A stretch of DNA of 64,000 bases from Escherichia phage ph0011. The position numbers were made by a program, and so were the translations under genes. This document shows, piece by piece, positions 13,393 to 23,798 of this stretch (the stretch's first letter is position 1; each line of letters begins with the position of its first letter). Where the stretch lies: sequence record OP557969.1, one strand, 5' to 3'. Under the pieces are notes generated by a model. It had not been told where the DNA came from and made no database searches. It saw only the letters and a program-made list of their open reading frames with translations.

Positions 13393-14385
13393 ATGGAAGG
13401 AAAAACTATGGCTCATCACGGCGTGTTTATGTACCCTTATAATCAGGAAGTATCATTGGGCAATTTTAATATGCCATATAGCAATGAAAAACTAACTATA
13501 TATAAAGGGGCAAATAATAATTTATCTTTTACTGTTCACAACGCTGATGGAAAGTATACTTTATTGAAAGAAAATGAATATCTTACATTTATGATTTTTG
13601 ATGTACGAAATAATACTAAACTATTTGATGTTGTTTTGGAAAAACAAGAACCAAGTTGGCTATCCGAAAGCGGTCAGGCCCGACAAACATTGGGAAATAA
13701 AAAGAAAGTATATTATGGATGTATTGTTCCAGCAGGTGTTATCCAAGATACCAGTCCTGGTTCCAAATATAGATGGAGTATCACTAAAGTAACAATGGAC
13801 GGTTCACTTGTAGAACCAACGCAATATCTATATACAGGTATGAACTATGAAGCATCAGCAGAGTTAATTATTTCAGACCAAGCTGTACCTGTATTTGTCC
13901 CTAGTACTGAAATATCTGTCAACCAAAATTCTGCATGGACGACTATTAAGCGTTTATATCATGAGCCTATTGGTAATGGTATGATTGGGGAATATGATAT
14001 TCTTGCATCAACACCCCTCCCTGCACAAATGCAGTTTGGATTGGTTGATGGATTGAGTAGTATAGCAATCTATTTTGATAAATTTATTGGTAGGATACAG
14101 CTTCAAGGGTGTTTGTGTAATGACGTACCAAATGATAATGAAAACTATAAATGGTTTATTATTAAATTAGATGGAAAGGATTATATTGAAAATGGGGTGG
14201 ATGTGGAAGGATTTCCAGAAGAACTCGATGGAATTGAAGCATTTAATTTTAAAGGAAATTATATGTGGTTAAGAATTGTAGTAGCTATTCATCCTAAAAC
14301 TGTTCCAGTACCATATGACTATGCTGCTGTGAGAAAAGTGTATGACCCTTTCTTAACTGTACCTAAAATTTTGATTCGCAGGTGA
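13393..14385 (+). CDS. Hypothetical protein (about 330 aa)
   Basis: ORF; in-frame ATGs at 13393 and 13408, the latter preceded by GGAAGG. Confidence 0.55.
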   Translation: MEGKTMAHHGVFMYPYNQEVSLGNFNMPYSNEKLTIYKGANNNLSFTVHNADGKYTLLKENEYLTFMIFDVRNNTKLFDVVLEKQEPSWLSESGQARQTLGNKKKVYYGCIVPAGVIQDTSPGSKYRWSITKVTMDGSLVEPTQYLYTGMNYEASAELIISDQAVPVFVPSTEISVNQNSAWTTIKRLYHEPIGNGMIGEYDILASTPLPAQMQFGLVDGLSSIAIYFDKFIGRIQLQGCLCNDVPNDNENYKWFIIKLDGKDYIENGVDVEGFPEELDGIEAFNFKGNYMWLRIVVAIHPKTVPVPYDYAAVRKVYDPFLTVPKILIRR

Positions 14386-14411
14386 GACAAAACCCGAAGT
14401 TGTGCTATAAT
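14384..14411 (+). promoter_or_regulatory. Promoter-like element GAGACA-N16-TGcTATAAT upstream of primase
   Basis: Same architecture as the elements at 3251 and 28164. Confidence 0.5.
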
Positions 14412-14440
14412 CATTTGTAAGAAAAGACAAGGATTAACTT

Positions 14441-15496
14441 ATGAACGCTGTACAAAACATAATGGCACAAATAATGAATGACCCAGTACCTGCAATTGGC
14501 ACATGGACACATCACAACTGTCCCGCGTGTGTGTTCAGAGGACATTCGAGGCCGGACATAAAGAACCGTGGTAATCATATGTTCAATGCCGATGGTTCCG
14601 TTTCATATAACTGCTTTAACTGTAGTTTGAAAACTGGCTGGCAACCAGGAAAATATATGAGCAAAGATATGGAGTCTTTGCTCATTTCTTTTGGTGCACA
14701 AGATAAAGAAATTGAATTAGTTAAGTTTTATATTAAAGAAATGGTTGATAGTGGTGAATATGCTACACAAGAAACCGTTGTAACAAAACTATATGACCGA
14801 ATAACGGTACGTGATTTACCATCAAATGCTAAAACATTTTGGGATTGGGCTTCACTACCAGAAGATAAAATTCCGCAAGAATTTTTGAGTGTTTTACATC
14901 ATGTAAATGAAAGAAATCCATATTTGTTGGATTTGGAATTATATTGGTCACCTAATAAAGAACATAAAATGTATGATAGATTTATGATTCCTTATTACAT
15001 GAATGGTAAAATAATTGGTTATGCTGCTAGACATAAATTAAAAGATCCGGGAAGCACATACAGATTTATAAATCAGGTAAGTACTAATATATTGTATAAT
15101 TATGATTTATTGAAAGATGACAGAATAAAAACGATTTTAGTATGTGAAGGGCCGTTGGATGCAGCATTGATGGGCGGTGTATCTGCTAATAACTTTAAAT
15201 TATCAAACTTGCAGATTGACGTATTAAAAGATGCCCAGAAAAAAGGGAAAAGGATAGTTATTGTTCCAGATAGAGACAAAGATGGATTAATAACAATAGA
15301 CCAAGCACTTGAAAATGGATTCAGTGTGTCTTTCCCTGATTTTGGTACAGTAAGAGAAGGTAGTACGATACGTCATATCAAAGATTTTGAAGAGGCGTGT
15401 TCGCGATTTGGTAGGTTATTTTGCTTACAATTAATACATGATAGTATAGTAGATGAGCCATTTTATATTAAAGCTCAAACTGATAAATGGATGTAA
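14441..15496 (+). CDS. 61: DNA primase (T4 gp61-like)
   Basis: N-terminal zinc-binding Cys/His cluster (HHNCPACVFRGH...NCFNC); Toprim-like LVCEGPLDA and IVIVPDRDKDG. Confidence 0.7.
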   Translation: MNAVQNIMAQIMNDPVPAIGTWTHHNCPACVFRGHSRPDIKNRGNHMFNADGSVSYNCFNCSLKTGWQPGKYMSKDMESLLISFGAQDKEIELVKFYIKEMVDSGEYATQETVVTKLYDRITVRDLPSNAKTFWDWASLPEDKIPQEFLSVLHHVNERNPYLLDLELYWSPNKEHKMYDRFMIPYYMNGKIIGYAARHKLKDPGSTYRFINQVSTNILYNYDLLKDDRIKTILVCEGPLDAALMGGVSANNFKLSNLQIDVLKDAQKKGKRIVIVPDRDKDGLITIDQALENGFSVSFPDFGTVREGSTIRHIKDFEEACSRFGRLFCLQLIHDSIVDEPFYIKAQTDKWM

Positions 15497-15518
15497 TACA
15501 TATAATGAGGGAACATAG

Positions 15519-17039
15519 ATGATTCAAAGCACAGTGGATGTGAAACAATATGGGATTAATGCACAACAATACTTATTATCTCAGATTTTCAGTAATCCTG
15601 ATTTGTATGTACGTTGTAAAAATATCCTTAAACCTGAATATTTTGATAAAACATTTCATGAAAGTATTCAATTCGTACATGATTACGCCGCAAAATATAG
15701 TTCTTCTCCAACGTTGAAAGATATTGAAGTTAAAGGTGGTTATCAATACGATCATTATGAAGTACAAGAATTACATAAACAATCAGTACTTGATACCTGT
15801 GGTGAGTTTTGTCGCCATAAAGCATTAGCATTGGCAGTTGAAAAAGGAATGGAACTTGTTCATCAGAAAAAATATGGTGGAATCGAAGAGCTAATCCGAG
15901 AAGCGATGTTGGTAACTGTACAGAATGAGTTAGGTTTGGACATTTTTGAAAATCCAGAAGATACCATTCGCTCACTAAGTTCAATGCAAGGGTCATTTAA
16001 AAGTGGATGGGAAACTCTTGATTATAAACTTTTCGGTGGTTTTGGGCGTAGAGAGTTAGAGATCTTTGCTGCTGCATCAGGTGGTGGTAAATCAGTAGTG
16101 TTGCAAAATTTAGCAGTAAACTTTGCTAAAGCTGGTATGAATGGTGCATACATCTCACTAGAACTAGCTGAAGAGTTGGTTGCAGTTCGTATCTATGGTA
16201 TGATGACAGAATCGAAGCTCAGTAATGTAAAAAATGAAGCTGAAAAGATTGGATTTGCCGTTAAGGTAGAAGGTAAAAATAGTGGCATCTTGCGTATTAA
16301 ACGTTTACCTGAATCTGTAACAACAACAGATGATATTGAAAGCTATTTGCGTGAATTACAAATTAAGTTGGAAATAAAACTTGATTATGTATGCGTGGAC
16401 TATTTGGATCTATTAACTTCTAATCGTCTTGGTCCAAATGATAAATCCAACACATTTACAAAAGACAAATTTGTATCAGAAGAATTACGTGCTCTTGCGT
16501 CCAAAATGGATCTAACAGTTTTCACTGCATCACAGTTTAACCGTAGTGGGATGGATGAAGATAAGAAAAGTCAAAGTCAGATTGCTGGTGGTATTTCTAA
16601 AATTTATACTGCGGATAACGTAATTTATATTGAAGCAAAAAAAGACACTGGTGAATTATGGTTTGATTTTCAAAAAACACGTAACAGTAGTGCTGTTGGT
16701 TCACGTTTGCGTATGTCATATGATATTGATTCATTGCGTGTTCTTGATCATGCAACTACAGTACAACAAATGGAAACTGAAGGTAATGGTTTTCGACACA
16801 GTGGACTCTCTAAGATTGGTGGGGGTAATATGGTGTTACCACCTAGTACAATGCAAACATTGCGTCATACGCTCTCTGGTGCTGCCAAAACACCATCTAC
16901 ACAACCAAACAATCAGATAACACTAAATACTGATAGTGCTCCTAACACCGCAACACAAAATGACTCACAGTCACCGCCACAACACGCGGCTTCTGACCGT
17001 GTTCATGCGATGAAGCAATGGTTAAATCAAAGGAAATGA
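15519..17039 (+). CDS. 41: Replicative DNA helicase (DnaB / T4 gp41-like)
   Basis: Walker A ASGGGKS, Walker B-like VCVDYLDLL, DnaB-like N-terminal region. Confidence 0.75.
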   Translation: MIQSTVDVKQYGINAQQYLLSQIFSNPDLYVRCKNILKPEYFDKTFHESIQFVHDYAAKYSSSPTLKDIEVKGGYQYDHYEVQELHKQSVLDTCGEFCRHKALALAVEKGMELVHQKKYGGIEELIREAMLVTVQNELGLDIFENPEDTIRSLSSMQGSFKSGWETLDYKLFGGFGRRELEIFAAASGGGKSVVLQNLAVNFAKAGMNGAYISLELAEELVAVRIYGMMTESKLSNVKNEAEKIGFAVKVEGKNSGILRIKRLPESVTTTDDIESYLRELQIKLEIKLDYVCVDYLDLLTSNRLGPNDKSNTFTKDKFVSEELRALASKMDLTVFTASQFNRSGMDEDKKSQSQIAGGISKIYTADNVIYIEAKKDTGELWFDFQKTRNSSAVGSRLRMSYDIDSLRVLDHATTVQQMETEGNGFRHSGLSKIGGGNMVLPPSTMQTLRHTLSGAAKTPSTQPNNQITLNTDSAPNTATQNDSQSPPQHAASDRVHAMKQWLNQRK

Positions 17040-17042
17040 TAA

Positions 17043-17315
17043 ATGTCTAGTAAATCCAATAAAAAGAATCTACTTGATAGTATAGTTGACTATACACCAG
17101 AGAAAGACACACTACAAAGTTTTAGTAATCGTGCAGACCACGCGATAAACTCTGTGATTCATTTATTGGAGAGCATTGAAGATGAGTTTAACCAAACTGA
17201 TGCCGAAGATTTAAAAAAACGTTTATTTCTAAGTATAAAAAACCGAGATTATAAAAAGTTTCAAAAAGGGTTAGAAAACATAGCACTTGATGAAAAACGT
17301 AATAAGGGAAATTGA
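17043..17315 (+). CDS. Hypothetical protein (90 aa)
   Basis: ORF. Confidence 0.45.
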   Translation: MSSKSNKKNLLDSIVDYTPEKDTLQSFSNRADHAINSVIHLLESIEDEFNQTDAEDLKKRLFLSIKNRDYKKFQKGLENIALDEKRNKGN

Positions 17316-17316
17316 T

Positions 17317-17481
17317 ATGAAGAAAAAGAATATTAAAGAGAATGCATCATCCGGTGCTACTTCAGCAGGTGCTATTGCATCAGTCAGTACTGGTTTGCAT
17401 TATCCATTACATCGTCGATTGCCTCCAACAGACTTCTTTGGATATAAAGTAGTAGAGACAAAAGATAAGGACACAGAATGA
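17317..17481 (+). CDS. Hypothetical small protein (about 54 aa)
   Basis: In-frame ATG at 17317 right after the upstream stop; track ORF 17287 would overlap. Confidence 0.35.
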   Translation: MKKKNIKENASSGATSAGAIASVSTGLHYPLHRRLPPTDFFGYKVVETKDKDTE

Positions 17482-17870
17482 AACCATATACTTTCTACAC
17501 TATACATACTGTAGTAGATATCGGTGATGGTAAAACTCCAACAATAATAGATTCAAAGTTTACTGGTGCAATGAATTTATCTAGATTGTTGGAGGCAATT
17601 ATGGTATATGATTATCCTATGATGGTAAGTGTTGTTAAAAATGAAGTTGATTTATATAAAGATAATAATTCATCTTTTTATAATATACCAATTTCATGGG
17701 GTAAATGTACAATAAGCACATTTAAATTTGCACTACCAATGGATGTTGAACTTAGATTGAATGGTATTCCATTAGTTCTACCAACTGAATTAAATGGTAA
17801 ACGAATAACTAAATTTATCACATCTGGTGATGATATCAACATTAGCATCAGTAAACAGACCTTTTCTTAA
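17478..17870 (+). CDS. Hypothetical protein (130 aa)
   Basis: ORF with ATGA overlap. Confidence 0.5.
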   Translation: MKPYTFYTIHTVVDIGDGKTPTIIDSKFTGAMNLSRLLEAIMVYDYPMMVSVVKNEVDLYKDNNSSFYNIPISWGKCTISTFKFALPMDVELRLNGIPLVLPTELNGKRITKFITSGDDINISISKQTFS

Positions 17871-17908
17871 TTGTGATAAATATCATAAAGTGAGACAAAG
17901 GTCTTTTT
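17856..17908 (+). terminator. Nested hairpin / terminator-like element
   Basis: agaccttt ... aaaggtct stem around an internal palindrome tgataaatatca; followed by ttttttattttt. Confidence 0.4.
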
Positions 17909-17926
17909 TATTTTTATGGAGAAAAT

Positions 17927-18871
17927 ATGGATATAAACCAAACAGCAACCGAGCTTCAAAAGTTCGCAGATGCACATAATTTAAATGTTGATGTTTCTGT
18001 AATTCTTGATAATATGGATGCAGGTGATTTCATCACCTTAAATTCTGCGATTGATAATTCTGACAATCGTGAAATATTCCAAATTTTACAAAAATACAAA
18101 GCACAGATGAGTGAATGTTATGAATACTTCAGTACTAAAAATGTTAGTAAACATATAAACGAAAGTACTGAACTTTATAGTATTATTGATGCAATGTCAC
18201 TAAAACAATTAGAAGAAATGTATAATAAAAAATATACTTATTCTGATACAACAAAATTAACCACACAGGAATTAAAAGCGATTGTATTTGAGGATTTTCA
18301 AAATCAAACAACACAAATGCAAGCTAAACAAATTGCTAAAATGAATGTTTCTCAAGACCAACAGCAAGTTAATCCACAAACACAAGCTAAAATGAAACAA
18401 GCTGAGCTACAAAGAAATGCTAATAATATAAAGGTTAGTGTTCCTGGTACACAAGACGGTACTGATGCAGTTGAGCCAGTTGTGGGTATTGATCCAGGTC
18501 AAACACCAGAACAATCACTAGTAGTGACAAAGAGTGGTACTAAACCGAATGAATTGAATGTTTTCCCATTAAATGATGTCAATCCTATAGACAATCAAAA
18601 CACGCCAATCCGTGAGGAAAAATCCCCACAAGAAATCAATAGTGAACTAATGGGTAATTCAAGTTTAGAGTCTGATAGTAACCCTGATACACAATCACCA
18701 CTATCACATCACGCCCCTGGTATGGGTGAAATGATTCATGCTATTTCTGATATCGAAAAAGAAGATGATATTTATGGTGATGAAAGTGTAATGGCAAACC
18801 AGTCCCAATCTGAGAATGATGACATGGTGGATCAAATTATTGATTATTGTCATCGTATGCGAGGTCGTTGA
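17927..18871 (+). CDS. Hypothetical protein (314 aa), Gln-rich
   Basis: ORF with GGAGA RBS. Confidence 0.55.
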   Translation: MDINQTATELQKFADAHNLNVDVSVILDNMDAGDFITLNSAIDNSDNREIFQILQKYKAQMSECYEYFSTKNVSKHINESTELYSIIDAMSLKQLEEMYNKKYTYSDTTKLTTQELKAIVFEDFQNQTTQMQAKQIAKMNVSQDQQQVNPQTQAKMKQAELQRNANNIKVSVPGTQDGTDAVEPVVGIDPGQTPEQSLVVTKSGTKPNELNVFPLNDVNPIDNQNTPIREEKSPQEINSELMGNSSLESDSNPDTQSPLSHHAPGMGEMIHAISDIEKEDDIYGDESVMANQSQSENDDMVDQIIDYCHRMRGR

Positions 18872-19089
18872 TGAGAACAGTACTGAATGTGCATGGTCAC
18901 AATACGATAGTTTCCAATGAAGAATATAAACTGTTACAAAAGATAAAAGCACGCGGTACTGTTCCAGTTGAAAAAGTAAATGAATATTATCAGGAACTAG
19001 CTAATAAAATGGTATCGCGTGGTGTTCTACATAAAATAGAAAATGATGATGGTACTGAATCATACCAAACTGTTAGGAGTAGTAAATGA
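18847..19089 (+). CDS. Hypothetical protein (80 aa)
   Basis: ORF. Confidence 0.4.
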   Translation: MSSYARSLMRTVLNVHGHNTIVSNEEYKLLQKIKARGTVPVEKVNEYYQELANKMVSRGVLHKIENDDGTESYQTVRSSK

Positions 19090-19760
19090 ATTACGAATAT
19101 GATCAACAATCCGTTAATCAGATGGCAGATTTATTAAGTGGTCTTAATGATATTGAAGCTGGTGAAACACATAATGCCGCAGGTGTTCCATATAAAGCAA
19201 GTGGTGATATTGGTGCAATGACTGCAATTTTAACTTCATTAAATGAAGCTGGAATGGATTACGGTACTGATCCAGAGAAGATTCATCCGAACGTTGTGCC
19301 ATACAATGCACCATTCAATGAACACATGAATGGACAACAATCTACCATTCAGCCATATAGTCAACCATCTAAGCCGAAAACTAATTGGAGCTTAGTAGAA
19401 GAAAAAGTTCAAGGAACTAAATCTACCAAAGTGTATAGTATCAAGTGTAATCATAGTTCACAGATTATTATGAATAATATTATGATGTATGAAGCTGCAC
19501 TTACATTAGTTAATCTTTTGAATGAAGGACGAATGTTGACAGATGCAAAACTCCTTGGTATAATTAGTTCTGGATTACAATACACAAATGTAATCAGTGA
19601 GGCATTAAAAGCTGCTCAAAGGCGACAACGTGTTCTTAATGAATCAAAGTATGATGAAGCAAAAGAATTAGATATAATTATTGCAGAAAAGAAAGCAGAA
19701 GCTTATAAATTGAAAGAGCGTGTATTGAACTTTCTTAAAAATGAAGGGTATATTACCTGA
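19086..19760 (+). CDS. Hypothetical protein (224 aa)
   Basis: ORF with ATGA overlap. Confidence 0.5.
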   Translation: MNYEYDQQSVNQMADLLSGLNDIEAGETHNAAGVPYKASGDIGAMTAILTSLNEAGMDYGTDPEKIHPNVVPYNAPFNEHMNGQQSTIQPYSQPSKPKTNWSLVEEKVQGTKSTKVYSIKCNHSSQIIMNNIMMYEAALTLVNLLNEGRMLTDAKLLGIISSGLQYTNVISEALKAAQRRQRVLNESKYDEAKELDIIIAEKKAEAYKLKERVLNFLKNEGYIT

Positions 19761-21508
19761 TGTTAGATGAATTGAAGAAATTCTTAAAAAGCAAAAACAA
19801 AAAAACATGGGTTAAGTTGGTAAACAATAATGAATTATATTTTAAATATGTTCGTGAATTGTTCCCAACTAAACCAATGAATGAAGCATTGTATCTTATC
19901 ATGAATGACATGGTGCGTGCACCATCTGCCCCATGTGGTTCTGAATGTAAATTTATTAATGGTTCATATGATAAGTATTGTTCTAAGCCTACAAAACCAA
20001 ACAAAAATCGTGATAATGGGTTTTGTGTAGTATGTAATGAGCATTGGAAGCAAAACAAACTCAAAAATACTAAACAAAAATGTCTTGATGTTTATGGTGT
20101 CGAACATCATTGGCAAAGAAATGATGTAAAAGATAAAATAAAAAGTACTAATATGAAACGATATGGTGTTGAACACAATTCACACGTCGAACATGTACTT
20201 GAAAAAAGAAAGGAAACTTTCATTGAAAGATATGGTGTTGAATCACCGTTATCATCTGTTGAAATTCGTGATAAGATAAAAGCAACAAACATTGCAAAAT
20301 ATGGTGTTGAAAATTATGGAAGTACATGTGAATGTATCGAAAAACGAAATAAAACAATGCAAGAATTATATGGTTTTAGTAATGCACAACATGTAAAGAA
20401 GTTTTCAAATGAATCAAAGATTACTAAATCTAAAATAAGATATGATAAAATTTTATCTATTATTAACCCTTCATATAAAGAACTGTTTGAATATGATGAC
20501 TTGATAGATTCAACCAATGAAAGTAAACTTCCGTACTATTGTGAAATACACAAAGGACTGTTTTATAGTAATTATAAATATGGTATAGTTTGTGATGTTT
20601 GCAACCCACCTGTATATAGTTCAATACAAAATGAAATAAAAAACTTTGTATCAACATTGACTGAATGTAACATTATCATGAATGATAGAAGTAATGGGTA
20701 TGAGTATGATATATACATCCCTGAACTTCAGATAGCAATAGAAGTCAATGGAATGTATTGGCATAAAAGTGATATGGTTGATAAGTATTACCATAGAACA
20801 AAAACAATAAATTCGATAGAACGTGGGATTAGATTGATACATATCTTTGAAGATGAATGGTACTGTAAACAGGAAATTATTAAAAATAGATTAATGAATG
20901 TTTTTCAGTGTTCTAGAAAGATTTATGCCAGAAAATGTATTGTTAAAAAAATTAACACTAATATTTGTTATGATTTCTTAAACACTAATCATATACAAGG
21001 ATATACTAAATCTGGAATAAACTATGGTTTGTTTTATAATCAAGAATTGATTGCAGTAATGACGTTCGGAAAAAGTCGATATGATAAAAAATTTGAATAT
21101 GAACTAATACGATACTGCTCACGTGGAACTGTTGTTGGTGGTGCTAGTAAATTATTGTCTGCATTTGAGCGTGAATACAAACCATTGTCGTTGATGAGTT
21201 ACGCTGACTTGAATTGGGGGTCAGGACAGTTATACATATCTCTTAACTTTGAAAATTTAGGATACACAGAACCCAAATATTTTTATTATGATCCAAAAAC
21301 AAAACAGCGTTTTTCTAGACATAAATTTAGAAAACATAAATTAATTGAAATGGGCTACGACTCATCTAAAACTGAAGAAGATATATGCTTAGGTGAAATT
21401 GGATTGTATAAAATATACGATTCTGGTAATTGCAAATTTGCTAAATATTATTACAACACAAACATTACAGGAGATATTGAAAAATGTCCAAATCGTACAA
21501 AAAACTAA
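19760..21508 (+). CDS. Putative free-standing homing-endonuclease-like protein: zinc ribbon, four tandem KYGVE repeats, endonuclease-like core, unknown C-terminal domain
   Basis: Repeats VYGVEHHW / KRYGVEHNSHVEHV / ERYGVESPLSSVEIRDKIKATN / AKYGVENYG; core YEYDIYIPELQIAIEVNGMYWH resembles a Vsr/DUF559-type PD-(D/E)xK motif; Cys cluster near N-terminus. Confidence 0.5.
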   Translation: MLDELKKFLKSKNKKTWVKLVNNNELYFKYVRELFPTKPMNEALYLIMNDMVRAPSAPCGSECKFINGSYDKYCSKPTKPNKNRDNGFCVVCNEHWKQNKLKNTKQKCLDVYGVEHHWQRNDVKDKIKSTNMKRYGVEHNSHVEHVLEKRKETFIERYGVESPLSSVEIRDKIKATNIAKYGVENYGSTCECIEKRNKTMQELYGFSNAQHVKKFSNESKITKSKIRYDKILSIINPSYKELFEYDDLIDSTNESKLPYYCEIHKGLFYSNYKYGIVCDVCNPPVYSSIQNEIKNFVSTLTECNIIMNDRSNGYEYDIYIPELQIAIEVNGMYWHKSDMVDKYYHRTKTINSIERGIRLIHIFEDEWYCKQEIIKNRLMNVFQCSRKIYARKCIVKKINTNICYDFLNTNHIQGYTKSGINYGLFYNQELIAVMTFGKSRYDKKFEYELIRYCSRGTVVGGASKLLSAFEREYKPLSLMSYADLNWGSGQLYISLNFENLGYTEPKYFYYDPKTKQRFSRHKFRKHKLIEMGYDSSKTEEDICLGEIGLYKIYDSGNCKFAKYYYNTNITGDIEKCPNRTKN

Positions 21509-22119
21509 TGGAAACTGCTTCTCGTGCTGAAGCAATGAAATTTATTAAATTGAATGAATCTAATATTGAAAAGGCAGAAATCGTCCTTTCAGTTAAAGGT
21601 GAAATTGTTGATAAATTACAACGTCAATCAGAGGTTATTAATAACATGGGTGTTGACGTACTAGGCCCACTACTGGATCGTATTAAAGCTGAACAGGGTT
21701 TGGATGCCGCACAAAATTTTAGTGATAATGTTCGTCATCTTCTACAACATGCTGTAGCTACTTTAATGGACGTGAAAGACAAAATCAGTACTGAAACACT
21801 AAAACTAACTGGTGATATTACTGATGGTCCTGATGTTTCTGATATTGGTAGTGAAGATGTTGATATTGACATTGCCAGTGACACCCCAACTTTTGATATG
21901 GATGCTGATGCAGATTTTGAAGATGATATTATTTCTGAGCCTGTTCCAACTGAGCGTGAGATGAAAGAATCGGTTAAGCCACGTAAAGTTGGTGTAAAAA
22001 TGGAAAGTATTCGCGGTACTGTAGGAACTAAATATTTTAGTTCAAAAGACGAAATGAAAACATGGCTATCTGAGAATGAAAAGAAAGTTAAACGAGTTCT
22101 AGGGTATGTTAAAAAATAA
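21484..22119 (+). CDS. Hypothetical acidic protein (211 aa)
   Basis: ORF; D/E-rich central segment. Confidence 0.5.
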   Translation: MSKSYKKLMETASRAEAMKFIKLNESNIEKAEIVLSVKGEIVDKLQRQSEVINNMGVDVLGPLLDRIKAEQGLDAAQNFSDNVRHLLQHAVATLMDVKDKISTETLKLTGDITDGPDVSDIGSEDVDIDIASDTPTFDMDADADFEDDIISEPVPTEREMKESVKPRKVGVKMESIRGTVGTKYFSSKDEMKTWLSENEKKVKRVLGYVKK

Positions 22120-22135
22120 TAAAGGGTGAATCTAC

Positions 22136-22471
22136 ATGAGGTTTAGTGATCTTACTGAAGAGGCTCCTGGAAAAGATATACGCAATATGATCACGACTAT
22201 TGCGTTGTCTTTAATGTCCACTGGTAGAGAAGATGTGAATGTTCAATCTTTAATTTCTGAAATTAAAAAGAGAACCAACATCGATGTTCCATACAATGTG
22301 ATGATGGATATTTTGAATTCCCTACCTTTTGTACAGGATGCTAATTCAGATATTGTAACTTTTGTTGGTAATTCAGCAGAAGGTTCAGGTGAATCTGAAC
22401 AAAATTCGGAAGAGCAAGTTGAAGATTGGGCAACAAAAGCTGCTGTGTCAGCAAATAAACAAAAAAACTGA
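22136..22471 (+). CDS. Hypothetical protein (111 aa)
   Basis: ORF. Confidence 0.5.
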   Translation: MRFSDLTEEAPGKDIRNMITTIALSLMSTGREDVNVQSLISEIKKRTNIDVPYNVMMDILNSLPFVQDANSDIVTFVGNSAEGSGESEQNSEEQVEDWATKAAVSANKQKN

Positions 22472-22510
22472 AACAAATAAAAATATAATGCTATAATTAG
22501 GAGTACACGG

Positions 22511-23230
22511 ATGTACACACCACCAATTGTTAGCAGATATACATACGTTGGTTATAATAGAATTGAAGGCGGCCCAGAAGGTCGCCTTTATTCAACTCCA
22601 ACAGGTAATCTGCCATCAGTAACAACAATTCTTAGTGCGACCTCAAATGATGAGGGTTTAAAGAAGTGGAGAGAATTCGTTGGTGAAGAAAAAGCTAATG
22701 AAATCACATTAGAAGCATGTACAATTGGTACTTTTATGCATGAGAACTTAGAATTTAGATTAGAAGGCAAACCAGACCATGAAGGTGGTATGCCAGTTAG
22801 AGTTCTAGCACGAAGGATGGCTGATAAGATTCAGGAAGAAGCATGGCCTCGAATCAATGAAGTGTGGGGACAGGAAGTCCCCTTGTATTATGAAGGTTTG
22901 TGGGCAGGTACAACAGACTTAGTAGGTGTTCATGATGGAATTCCAACCATTATGGATTATAAAAATTCTCGTAAGGTTAAGAAGTGGTCACAAATTGAAA
23001 ATTATCGTATGCAAATCGCTGCGTATGCATTAGCTCACAATCAAATGTTTGGTACTAATATAGAACGTGGTGTTATTTTCATCTGTGTAAGAAAAGACCC
23101 TAATAATCTACAATATCAAGAGTTTATTATTGAAGGACAAGACTTCAAAGATGCTGTTAATATGTGGATTGAACGTGTAGAACAATACTATATTTTACGT
23201 GGAGAAATTGAATCAAATGGAGCAGCATAA
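22511..23230 (+). CDS. PD-(D/E)xK family nuclease (RecB/Cas4-like fold)
   Basis: GTTDLV ... MDYK arrangement typical of D-(D/E)xK nucleases; upstream TGcTATAAT at 22488-22496. Confidence 0.45.
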   Translation: MYTPPIVSRYTYVGYNRIEGGPEGRLYSTPTGNLPSVTTILSATSNDEGLKKWREFVGEEKANEITLEACTIGTFMHENLEFRLEGKPDHEGGMPVRVLARRMADKIQEEAWPRINEVWGQEVPLYYEGLWAGTTDLVGVHDGIPTIMDYKNSRKVKKWSQIENYRMQIAAYALAHNQMFGTNIERGVIFICVRKDPNNLQYQEFIIEGQDFKDAVNMWIERVEQYYILRGEIESNGAA

Positions 23231-23771
23231 AAAAATGAAACAAGATCTATATACAATTCGTGCTTTAGAAAGTAAAGGGTATGATTTAGAAGAAGTTATC
23301 AAACTAAGTGATGAAGAAATTGACAATCTTGATTTATCACATAAACTGATTCTAAATATTAAAGATTATAAACAGCGTGGTGCTAAACCTGTAGAAGTAA
23401 TTAAAGAACAAATTGCACAAGATATTAGTATCGATGAGGTATCACGTAATGTGCCACCAGAAGTAATCCAAGAGTATGCTGTCAATAGTGAAGAACAGGT
23501 AAAAGTTTCTAAAGAAGTCGAAAGTATGGCAGAAGAACTAGTTCCTGAAGTCAAAGAAGATGAAATTGTTATTGAGCGAGTGGTTTCTTCTAAAGAAGAT
23601 TTGGATATTATCAAAGAAGCACTACAAACTAAAGAGCTTAAAAGTGTATCTAGTTATGTAAAACATTTAAAATCTATCGTCCCAGAACAGATTCTATCTT
23701 CTGTCGATAGTTCAGTAGTATCTCAGTTGATCAATGAGCGTATTACTGAAGTTAAAGAAAAAGCTAAATAA
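23217..23771 (+). CDS. Hypothetical acidic protein
   Basis: ORF; GGAG 12 nt upstream of the ATG at 23217; start uncertain (alternatives 23199, 23235). Confidence 0.45.
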   Translation: MEQHKKMKQDLYTIRALESKGYDLEEVIKLSDEEIDNLDLSHKLILNIKDYKQRGAKPVEVIKEQIAQDISIDEVSRNVPPEVIQEYAVNSEEQVKVSKEVESMAEELVPEVKEDEIVIERVVSSKEDLDIIKEALQTKELKSVSSYVKHLKSIVPEQILSSVDSSVVSQLINERITEVKEKAK

Positions 23772-23798
23772 TCCTATGATACTATAGGAGATAGTTTT

